This document shows positions 53,021 to 64,000 of a DNA stretch of 64,000 bases, one piece after another. The stretch comes from Camelus ferus. Its lineage: Eukaryota. The notes under the pieces are model-generated. The model searched no databases and was not told the origin of the DNA. It was given only the letters and a program-made list of their open reading frames with translations. The position numbers were made by a program, and so were the translations under genes. Positions within the stretch are counted from its first letter, which is position 1, and every line of letters starts with the position of its first letter. The DNA is taken from positions 57,228,001-57,292,000 of the forward strand of contig NC_045707.1 of NCBI RefSeq assembly GCF_009834535.1, read 5' to 3'.

Positions 53021-56000
53021 GTGTATCCTATCTTCCTTCTGTGTTGGTCTCAGGCCAGGCTTCCAGAATCTCCACCCCCACTCAGCTACCAATGACAGAG
53101 TAAGTTAATTATTAACAGAAATTCTTTTGAAATTGTTAAATAAGTTTACTAAGTAATAATGATTGATATATTTGAGTTTTCCATATCTTTCTCATAACCA
53201 ACCAAACATAACCAATAATCAAGAAATGTTTATTTGTATTTTGTGTCTTTTAAATACATTTTCTCTGAAAGGTTTTGGTTTCTATAAATTTTGCTAGTGA
53301 AAACTCAGTAGCTGAAGTGAAAGAGCTAGTAAAAAGTTTGAAAAGACTGAAGTCTCCTTTTAGTATGTGATTCTATCCACTGCAATTTGTCGCCAATTGG
53401 TCATCTAAACATCCCCTCAATAAGTCACCGATGTGGCTATGTTTTATAATAAAAATGAACTTATTCATGTCTTAATAATGTCAGAACATCATAATAGAAT
53501 GTGGAAAATCCAAGTGACCATCTGAATATTGATAGCTTGTACCTAAAATACACAATTTTTGACCATTTCATTCTTTATATGGATATATATTTTCAAGAAA
53601 TTCTAAAGACACTTCAATACCTGGGTACTAAGGTATTAGCAAATATACCTGAATTTGGGGGAATATGGAATTTGTTATGATATAGTCAATACTTATATAA
53701 AATATATTTAAATTTTTTTAAAAGATTGGGAATAATTCATTAATCTGTGAAATACTAGACTAAACATTTGGGAATTTTGACTTTTATTTCCTTATTATGT
53801 CTTAGATAGTTTTTACCTATTACAGACACTTAAAATTCTACCAAAATTTTACTTATTTGAAACTAGACTTACAATACTATATCTTCTTCTTGTCTAATCA
53901 GCCAGAGATATTTTCATCAAACATAAAGAGGTAAAGTTTTCAATTTATACCATCCTAAAAGTCACAAAAAAATCAGGCAAATAATTATTTGATTTTGTTC
54001 TTTGGTTGATTGGTGTTTTCACTCTCTTGCCTGGTTTTGAATACTCTTGGAAGGGCGTACAAAGTTACTGGTCGGGTTAGTGAAGGACCAGCAGAGAGCA
54101 TGCATGCTCAAACAAGGACAGTGTTGCACAAGTATAAGCTGATTATTCTGAGCTGTGTGCTAAGCGTCATCAATGTTTCACACACCAAATATACAGTGTT
54201 TGCACAGAAGCCCAACAGAAGACCGCTCCTCTTGTGCATTTGCTGCTTTCTCCTCTCCCTCTGCCTGGGTAGGTTCCTGTGAATGCTCAATTGACATGAC
54301 AAATGCTCCTTCCTCTTACTGCCAAATCCCTCTGATGGCCTCTCTCTAGAGAGGTTAAATGGCTTATACCATTTATTTTCTTATGCCAATGTGAATATGA
54401 GTTTGTGCCCAAAACCCAGGGAAACAGATCTGTAAGTATTTAATACAGAGGTGCAAATGTATGACCAGCTTTCCCTGTAGGTATCTACTTGACAGTCTGA
54501 TGGATGAGAACTTTGCTTAAATATACTATAATATTGAGATTTCTTCACCTAGGTGTTCAGTCCTTTGTGTTCTCAGTATTAAAATCCATGTATTTTTTAC
54601 TGGGTAGGGTCATACCTTGCACTACTAACCTCTTGCCCTTAGGAAAGAATCAATTGAAAACTAGTTTCAGTATTAATGGGCAAAAAGAACAACTGCCAAG
54701 GTTAGAAAAGAGATCAGGATAATGGAAGCAGGAGCCCAGCATGAAGGTGAAATGTTTGGGGTGCAGGAAGATGATTTCCTATAGATTCTTCCCAGACTTG
54801 CCATGGTTCATTTTGCAAAATGTTGTATACTTATTTTGCTTTGATAAAAAAATGCAGAATACATTTTTAATCCTTTCATATGGGTTATCCAAATGCAGAG
54901 AAGAGTTATTTCTTCTTTCTGCTATATTTGGAAGTGTTTTCAATTAAACAGATATCTCTCCTCTTTGCTTAAAAGAGTATAAAAGACTTTTTTCCCCCTA
55001 AACACAGGAGATGTGTACAGATTGAGATTAAACTGTGAGGGAAAAAAAGACAAGACACATAGCTTATCTTCTGGAAACCCTTTGCATTTTCCATTAAGCC
55101 CTTGTTACAGCAGTTTCAGAATCTCTGTGAATCTAATATTAGTATCAGGGAACTTTAGAGCTGATAAACACAATCTAATTTACACCCCTTATTTCCCAGG
55201 TGATGAACAAAGATCTCCCAAATCTCAGTTCAGAGGTTACTCCATAGCATCAAAATGCCATTGTCTCCTTACATATTCATTTTTATTTATAATTGTTTCA
55301 GGAATAGAACTGATATTTGTAAGAAGAATAATGTTCAGATTAGTTACCATGTTGGAGTAATCTTTGAATAAGTGTTTTAGACAAAGTACATTCTTTTAGT
55401 ATATATTTTGTTCAAAAACTGAGTAGTGGTTTTCCTTATTTTCATGTCATGTGGAAATGCTGAAATGATATCAATATTAAAGGCATACAAATTAATATGA
55501 AATCCAGTCAAAATTCTCATTCTCCCTTGGCTAAGTGAAATAACACACATCACTAGAAACTTCTATTTTAAAAAAGCATAAACCCAAGCCTTCAAGTGAG
55601 AAATACTAACAAACAGTCTAACTTTAATGAAAGTTCAAGTAACTTGCACTTTAAAGCATAAAATGTTACTGAAAATCCTTCTTTTAAATTGATACAGTGT
55701 TTTTAATTTTATGCAGTGCTCTAAGAATTGAGTGTCCTACAGCTCTGGTATCCTATCCTTCTGTTCATTAAGTGAATTATTTTGAACAAAGAGCTGACTC
55801 CTTGAAAAGTGTGTTGTTGCATTTCACTAAGTGAATGTCTAGCAGATCAAGAAAATAAATTTAAATTCTTCTGACTTAACAGAGAATATTTTAGTGCCAC
55901 ACAATAGAGAATGAAATCAGCTTAGTCACTTGGAATTTTAGAGGTTATTTCAAGTAAAAATTATCTTGGGGGTGAGTATTATCACAAAACACATAGAATA

Positions 56001-56789
56001 AATGTTTTAAATTATTAGATTTATAAAATATTAGATCTATAATATTTTACTAATTATAAGAATGTTTATCTCACTAGTTAGAGATACCCTGTCTTGAGCA
56101 ATTTCCTTCCTTCTTCCAGCTTCAGACAGTGGGATACAATGCGGAAAATAAAGTCAATGAAATAAAATAACTGTTTTTAAAAAAAATACCTGACCACTAT
56201 TCTTTCAAGTTAGCTGTATTTTGAGCATTACTTTCTATGCTCATCTAAGACTGTGGGACAACATTTTAAGAATCACTGTTTTGAACTGCTTTTCCCTTAT
56301 CTACTTCAAATCTATTCCAATTGCCTCTTTTTCTAAAACCTTATTTGCTCATTCTGGTTAAAAGTTTTCCCCTCTTCTGAATAACATATTTTTCTGGTAC
56401 ATGGAATGTATTTTTTATTATCTGTTATTATTTTGAATCATATAAAATTGCCATTTAAAAAGTCAAACCATTAAAATGTTGGCAGTTTCATTTAATTCAA
56501 ATTAATATATGCCAAGTAGTTCGTGCATGCTTTCAAATGCGATTCATTTTATTCCCTCACGTACTCATTGTACATTATGTTTTATTATGTGTAATTAATA
56601 CATATCATTTTCCATCTAGCTTATGAACTCCCTAAGAAAAGAACTGTCACATTTTTAGTTCTTAATGAAGAAGAGCACAAAAGAATGTCTGTTGAATGAG
56701 CAAATGAAACAACAGTAGAGAAGGAGCAAATACAGTCATTGCATTAACAAATCCACTTTTAACATTTCTCAGCCAGAGTTTCTTCTATA

Positions 56790-57950
56790 AAACATAGTTA
56801 GAAAAAAGAAAAGCAATATAAAAATTTCTTCAATATATGAAAGCAATGGCTTTGTTTCTGTCTTCATCATATTCCAGCTCTTAGAACCAGCATTCAACCT
56901 GTCACTGAAACTTTTTTCCCCTAAGTTTTTGTAATACCATATTTGCCTCATTTTCCTCTTAGTTTGTCATCTTCTAAATATGTCATTCTAATATATACTG
57001 TTTTGGTTGTCTATTGAAATGGTGGGTTTTTTTTTTTTCTGTAATACATTGATGATATAATGTCAATATATTTCCTGCTATTAATATATCCTTAAATTTC
57101 TGTGAATAACTCTATGTGGTTATTAGTTTATTGTGATCAATCCCAAAAGTTTTTTTTTTCATTCTACATATTCGTAAGCAGGTTTTCCTAAAGTGAGTGA
57201 GGGAGAGAGAGCTTTGCTATGTTTTGACCTCAGAAGGATGTTAACTTCGAAAATGACAGAAAAATCCTTCTATTATTCTAACCTGTAGTATAGAATTAGT
57301 TGCATCTGCAATTAAGCCATTAAATGAAGAATTACTTAATACATTTAATAAGTTATTTAATAAATTTAATATATTTTTATTTGTCCATGGTTTTTATTCA
57401 GAACTTCTTTTTTCTTGAGTCAATATTGATGATTTTTCAGGTTACCTATTCCAACAATATTTTCAAATTTATTAGTGTGTCTATGAAAAGTAGTCTCTTA
57501 AAACTCATATCTCTTGTTTTATGTCTAAAATTTTTTTATCACATTTGTCAGAGTTTATACTCAATTTTATCACATTTCCTCCCACCCCCATTGTTCACAC
57601 ATGCAAAAACAAAGTACAACAGCAATCACAATTTTTAAATTTATTTAAGAATTATGTTTCTCTCCTAATTTTTAAAAATTGCCATTTTTCTACTTTGATC
57701 CCATTTATCATCATCCTCATGTTTCTGTAAACTATTTTCATCTTTTCTGTGTGCTTTACTTGAATAATTTATTGTCTTCTTTAACATGATGCCCCCTTTG
57801 AAGCATGTTACTTTACCTCTGAGTCTACATTTGGCTGTATGCCCCAAGTTCTCACTTTTCTTGCCTTTATATCTAAGTTTATTAATGTAGGTGTAATTTT
57901 CTATTTGAACAAATAATTACTTCGGGAATTTTTTAATTAAATTTTTTAAA
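56790..57950 (-). mobile_element. Highly diverged L1M fragments
   Basis: T-rich degenerate L1 motifs (TATTGAAATGGTGGGTTTTT, ATTGATGATATAATG, GGCTGTATGCCCCAAGTT). Confidence 0.45.
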
Positions 57951-59389
57951 TTCTTACTCTGTGTAGGACTCTCTCCCGAGAGAGACTGTTTCCTATCAAT
58001 GTCTGATACTTGCCAATCAGTACTTGCCATTCTTCCCTGACACCTCGCACTCAGCAGTTTCTCCTACAGATTATACAGGTCTCATATGCTTTTGTTTTAT
58101 GTACATATAGTTTCCAGAATTTCTATGCTTCCTAGTTTTGCAGAAAATATAGTTTGTGAGTCTCCCTCTTTCCCCTTCCATTCCATTTGGTACTGTGTGT
58201 AGTTCCTTGGAGAGCAATGGGAAGATAAGTAACTAAGCCATTGTTACTTTTTTTGAAGACTGAATTTGTAAAATATTTATAGTGACTTAATAAATCTGCT
58301 GTGGCAGAAAGGATGTCTTCTCTCCGCTGAAGTCTCTGCTCATTGAATATATGAATATACTTTTTATAGCATCTCATCACTACTAAAGTTAATGTTAAAT
58401 TAAACTTTTTCATCAACTAATCTAACCTTAATTAATGCTCAGGCATCCGGTGTCTACAAAGAATGTGTGATTAACATTTTAAAAGCTAAATTGAGTTTAT
58501 ACCTAGGGAATTATACCAACAGTGGTAGCTGGAATTACAAGGCATTTTGTAGAATAATGATAAAAATAAAATGAATTCAGGAGAAAACAGTGAGCTGCCT
58601 ATTTAAATGTCTTCAATACTTGGAAAACTAGGTAAATTGCTAGAATAATCTATTTTTTTCCTGGCGTTATTATTCATAGGACCTATTGAACTTTTCTGTG
58701 ACTTACTTTGTGAGTTTGATTTGTATGTATGATATGATCAAATCAACTTGTGTCTTAGAGTCTTTTAGCTTTTAAATATAAAATGCAAGGCCATCTAGAT
58801 TTTTTAAATTGAGGAAGCAAATTAATATTTGTTAATGTAATTTTTAAAATATCTCTCCATGAAAAAAGAATTATCAAGATCCTAATTTTCATGTTGTTAG
58901 TAATAGGTTCTAAATGATGATCTATATACAAGATCCACTTTTACTGAAGCTTCATGTAAGCTTTCTACGTGTAAACTTATTATTTACCACAATTGCATAG
59001 TCTCTTTTCCTGCTAACAAAATTGTCTCTAAAAATTCCAGTGGTAGATTTATATTAATGAGGACTAACCTCTCTCATAATGTTAAACTGCATGTATATTT
59101 CAAAGTATCATGTATCATTACTTTTAAAAGTTGCTACCTTCTACTTGGTTAATTTCCAACACTGTATTTTGGTTACAATTTTGAACACAACATATTATGT
59201 ATTTTTTAACACTTATTTCACAATTTTGATTAAATTCTTCTATTGTTACTTGATTAATAGTTTACAGGTGCTGTATGGAATCTACTTCTAAAAGTAAACC
59301 GAATACTCTTGTCAAAGGTATTAGATCAGCACTGTGGTTACTGTATTAATAATTTCTATGATACCTAAATTAATGAATTTTTATGTAGT

Positions 59390-59765
59390 CCACCTCCAGC
59401 CACACACACCCATTTCCTTATAAATAACTTAGTTGTGGTATCTACAAAGTTTGATCTTTCTCTTCTTTCAGGTCTTAACTCAAATGTTATCTTCTTAACA
59501 AAGTCTTTTCCAGCCATCCCATTTAAAAATATACCTCCAATGTCCCCTAGTCTCTAAGTTGATTTATTTTGTTCCATAGCATTTAGCATCCTCTGATATT
59601 TTGTATTTTACTTATTTGTTTGTTCATGGTCTGCGTTTCCTCTTTAGAATTCAAACTGTCTGATACTGGGAATGTTATGCACCCTATTCATGCTCTACTT
59701 GCTACTACTAGAATAGTTCTTGGAATGTAGTAGGTTCTCAATAGATATTTGTTGAGTAAACAAAA
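59390..59765 (+). mobile_element. L2 3' fragment
   Basis: TCAGGTCTTAACTCAAATGTTATCTTCT...CATAGCATTTAGCA...GTAGTAGGTTCTCAATAGATATTTGTTGA. Confidence 0.75.
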
Positions 59766-61966
59766 AACAAAACCCAGAATAATATAGACATTATAGGAGA
59801 AGATATATAGAAAATGCCAGAGGTGTTAAAAAAAGTAATATTTGACATAATCTTGAGATAGAAAATAAGAATAAAGTTCTTACTACTCTGGGTTCATGTT
59901 TACAGTAAAGGCGTTAAATTAGTAGTGAAATGATGAGCTGAGCATGTGCTATGAGGAATCTAGTAGAAGCTAGAAAGCTGAATCACATATGCTTCTGCTT
60001 TTCCATTTCCATTCAGAAGCTGGGTCTCATTCAGTCATCCTCATTGTGACTTGCTTCTCACTGTAAAGACTACTCTGCTTGAAAAATATAAGACAGCTCT
60101 GTCTCTATTGATTTTTTTCTTGTCTTCTGAAATACATGGTACTCTGGGAAACAAAGACCCCCAATATAGTTGATTCCTCTACTACTTAAGGCACTCCTCA
60201 GTGTCTAATGAAACAAAGTGTTCTATAACTGAGTAGGTAGGGGCATCAATACCAAAGCAGCTGGCATCATATCTCATTCTGGCACTAGTGCCTGATGCAG
60301 GAGGAAGAAAGTAGCAATATGCCAGGTGGAGATAAGTCACTTAGCTGGCTGATTGCATCAAACTGCTCCCAGTATAATCACCCGGGGCACATTTACCAAA
60401 CTGTCATTTTAAATCATTATAAGGAAGTTGTGTTAATTACCTAGTTATATGGTATAATATTATGTGTTCATTGTGTGCTCGTAGCAGGCACTTAATGAAA
60501 AGTGTTAACCATTATATACGGAGGGGAAAAAATAGAACAAATAAAATCATAGCTAATTTTGCAGTAATGTTACACTTATCTTTACATTATCACTCTGAAA
60601 TGTTGTGCTAATCATAAACTCTGTTATCACTGAATGTTTTTCACTACCCTAAAATCTCTGCTAAGGCGGAGAAAATCAGGGAAAACAGACCGCAACCTGT
60701 AACACTTAACACCTGAATTTCCTTGTGTCATTTTCCATTTAGAGGCAGTCAAAATTAGATTACAACTCATTTTTTAAGTTTCCCTAGTTCTTCGTTGCTA
60801 TATATCTGCCAGCCCCTGAATCACAATTCAGCTGTGCTCTGTCCTGCATGCATGCCTCTGGATTAAGAGGCTCTATTGGCTGGTTGTGATGAGGTTTTAC
60901 ACAGTCCCTTGATCCCACACAGCTTACTGTCCTGCTATTTTCACATTTCATTACATAGAGAAAATGAAACACGGGAAAGATTAGGGCATGGTATAGACAT
61001 CATTTTTCTAACCTTTGAAACTGATGACATGACAAACGGCAATAAAAATGCATTTTAAATCCTAGTATAGTGACTTTCAAATTAATGTAAATGTTGAGTT
61101 CTGTGACTGTCTTCCTCTTCCATCAAAAATAAATATTGAATACTACTACCTTGATACAATAATAAAAAAAATTTAATGCTTTTTAAAAGCTGTCTCAGCA
61201 CTAAATGATTTTTTTTCTTAGACTTTATAACTCTGACATCAGTATTACAATTATAAAGAGTTGATAAAGGCTTTTATCACTTCAAGATGATTCAGTCAGA
61301 GAGCCTCTAAAATTTTACTCCTGGCACAGAAAAACAAAACAAAGCACCAAACTATTAACACTGACTACCTTAGGAAGGATTATAACTTTTTAAAATTTGA
61401 CTTGTTAAAACCAGAAATATTATTTTTTTAATTTAAAATATTTGACACCATAAATTTGATCACAAAAAAGATAAACTCTCACTTCAAAGAAGTTAGTAAG
61501 CCCTTAGTTTTTATTGAAAGCATTTATAACAGTCCATAAATTTGTCATAAACAAGAAAATGCACTTATTATTCCACTGTATTTATTTTCTTGGTGTTTTT
61601 TTAGGGGACCATTGACTACTTTATCCTACTGCCCATTATCCCACCATGCGTCATCCTAGTGCCCATCTTATTTAGGAAGAACTCCCCTGATTGATTTAAG
61701 TGATAAGAGAGTTCTGTCTTCTGCTACAGAAACTGAAGGGTCCAGATATCACCTCTCCCTGTTCCCTTAAAGCACTGGCTCCTGATGCTGAACCAGTGAA
61801 ATTCTTTAGCTTTGGTATTGAAATCTGCAAAGATGCAGGTGCATTTGAAGACATTAGCATAGCAGTGTCACGAGGCTTGCAGAGGTGCCAAGAGAGGTAT
61901 TCTTAGAAGGAACTGGACTGTATTCCCTGAATCCTAATCTGATTCTCCAGATTTTTAACTGAAGGG

Positions 61967-61970
<4 letters not shown>

Positions 61971-62026
<56 letters not shown>
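61971..62026 (+). repeat. (GT)28 microsatellite
   Basis: Direct count. Confidence 0.92.
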
Positions 62027-62029
<3 letters not shown>

Positions 62030-62334
62030 ACTAATCATTATTCACTCAGGAAAATAATTTCTCCTTAAGTTCTTCAGAGTTGGTCTTGTTGCTTATGATA
62101 ACAACTCTGGTTAAGACATTGGTATTTGGGAGTAGATTGTAGATAGCAGATGCTTAGTGAAGTGAGGATTCTTGGGTTACCTTTGGCCTAAAACTGAAGG
62201 GGAATGAAAATATCCTTTTCTAATCATAGGTGAAAAATCTGGCAATGAGGTTACATAAGGTGTAAAGGATTCAAGACTGTAGGGTGGAGTGGCTACTTAT
62301 ACTGGAAAGCTTACAGAGAGAGAAAGAAGATAAA

Positions 62335-62600
62335 CCCTGTGTTGTCCGTTTGGTAGCCACTATCCCCATACCTCTAAATAAACCCTGGATACTTGATGAC
62401 TTACTGCTTTGGAATAAAACAGTATAAAATATCTCATTGCTAATTGGTATACTGTCTATATGTAGAAATGATAATATTTTAGGTACATTGGATTAAATAA
62501 AATAATTAATTTCATGTGTTTACTTTTTATAATGTGACTTCTAGAAAATTTAAAATTATAGAAGACTAGCATTTCTGGTTCACAATTTATGACATTGGTT
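62335..62600. mobile_element. MER3/MER33-like hAT DNA transposon lying within the MaLR internal region
   Basis: GTGTTGTCCGTTTGGTAGCCACTA...AAATGATAATATTTTAGGTACATTGGATTAAATAAAAT...CTAGAAAATTTAAAATTATA. Confidence 0.65.
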
Positions 62601-64000
62601 GAGAGAGAGTGAGGAGACAACAGGGATGGTTATAGGGGTGAAATTCTTAGGGTCTGAAAATATACCCTCATTGTCCAATCCCATTAACCAGATAAAGAAA
62701 TTCCCTTCCATTTACTTAAAACACTATAACTCCCTTGCATGAGACTGTTATGTAGACAATTAAGCCGATTTCCTTCATATCCAGTTGTCCATCCTTCAAG
62801 GTCTCCAGGCTTCCTCTAGGGCCATATATCAGCATGTATCTTACAGGCTCAGAGTTTCAGAACTCTGACACATATGTGTATAAATGTGTGGGAACATGAG
62901 TGAAAATAGAATCCAAGGGTGTGCCACAAAAGAGGGAGTAATATAATCTGAAATCGGGCCGAAGGTATCAATATGAGCACACCTCTCAGAGAGTCTTGAC
63001 TCGGTGTGTTGTCTTAATCAGCTGACATTATTGGCTGATTATTGGCTTCCTTAGAATGACTTGTGACTAGTTACCCATATAACTTGTTCAGACCTTTCAG
63101 GGACTTGGTGCACTGACCCAAGTTAATTCCCAGTATCCCAGACTGCCATTGCAATCTGCCAGTAAGAATGAGAGTTTATTACAGTCAGAGGGTTGGTGGA
63201 GTTCTGACCAAAGTCTGCCTCTTGGCTGACCCAATGAAAGCCAAATTCATAGTGATTTTATTTTGTAACTCCTGAAATTACCTGTAAATCTCATTTCTGC
63301 TGAATTTAACCAGAGTCACAACAGAGGGTGCTTACTGGCTGATTTAGATTTGTGAAATGTAGTAATGTCTTTAACTGATTGGAAAGGGTACTAATGTTTG
63401 TAAGAATACTCCCACTTTTAATTTCATCTTTGAAACTAAATAACTGTGTGGGTTTGAGCATCTACCTTCTTCACTTGTAAAATCAGAACATTTCACTGTT
63501 GTTTGGCTTGCTTCCTAATCTAAAATTCCTGATTCTTTACATCGTAACAGATCTATATGTTAGTCTCTCCAAAGTACATTTACTTTTAACCCAGTGGTTT
63601 GTCAGCTCACACCCCAAATATTCACATGTTAGTAGAATTAGAATTATTGTCAAAGCCTGCTCTAAACCTGAGGTTTTTTATTTTTCTGCTTAATTACATA
63701 TATATTCACCAAAGTTCTAAAACATGAAACTACATTCACCAGTTTATCTCTTGAAAAAGTTGTTTCTCCCTATTTATTTTTAACCATGCGATTAAAGGCT
63801 TTGATTTTTAATGTACAACAGGTACAACAAACCAACTTCTTTAGTCTACAATAAAACAATCTCCAGGGCAAAGAGGAAGACAAATATAAACAGAATAATT
63901 TTACAAATATATCACAGCAATTGTGGTAAGTGCCACAAAGTCTAATAGGGTGGCTTTGAGATTACATAATGAAGCACCTGACAGATACCTGCATCTGAAA

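Larger units (their letters stand above)
61590..63110 (+). mobile_element. MaLR/ERVL-type element: LTR (~61590-62118) plus internal region with gag remnant
   Basis: LTR-like end CAGAGTTGGTCTTGTTGCTT...AAGACA followed by TTGGTATTTGGGAGT. ~62900-63015 translates RVCHKRGSNII*NRAEGINMSTPLRES*LGVL, resembling the recalled ERVL/MaLR gag motif RVWDNGGRNIKLDQAEFIDMGPLSRDS. Confidence 0.65.

Noticed and set aside
1..64000. CRISPR arrays, operons, prokaryotic defence systems, rRNA, NUMTs
   Set aside because: Sequence is mammalian intronic/intergenic DNA; no regularly spaced repeat-spacer array, dense coding region, rRNA or mitochondrial-like segment seen.

Overview
AT-rich mammalian genomic DNA, not prokaryotic. 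A tRNA-derived SINE and an L1 3' end, both resembling camelid types, suggest camel, alpaca or llama. The only protein-coding exon I can support is coding exon 1 of ACSS3 (mitochondrial acyl-CoA synthetase short-chain family member 3). It lies on the minus strand (ATG at 15844, GT donor after 15537) inside a CpG island with tandem GC boxes. Bases 1-15536 are ACSS3 intron 1; I did not find exon 2 in the window. Bases ~16.4-64 kb are upstream DNA, which in human runs toward LIN7A, and are dense with old MIR, L2, L1M, MLT/MaLR and MER elements. The main hidden feature, largely missed by the ORF track, is a decayed intronless retrocopy of the 3' third of PM20D1 at ~51.3-52.5 kb (minus). It retains its 3'UTR and AATAAA, its poly(A) tail has become a microsatellite, and it is nested in an MLT LTR inside an old L1. 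Weaker hypotheses: an internal in-frame Met38 in ACSS3, a divergent spliced transcript with a 185-codon open frame, and several exon-shaped units upstream. Gene and repeat identities come from recall, not database searches, and repeat boundaries are approximate. I see no demonstrably new biological system.
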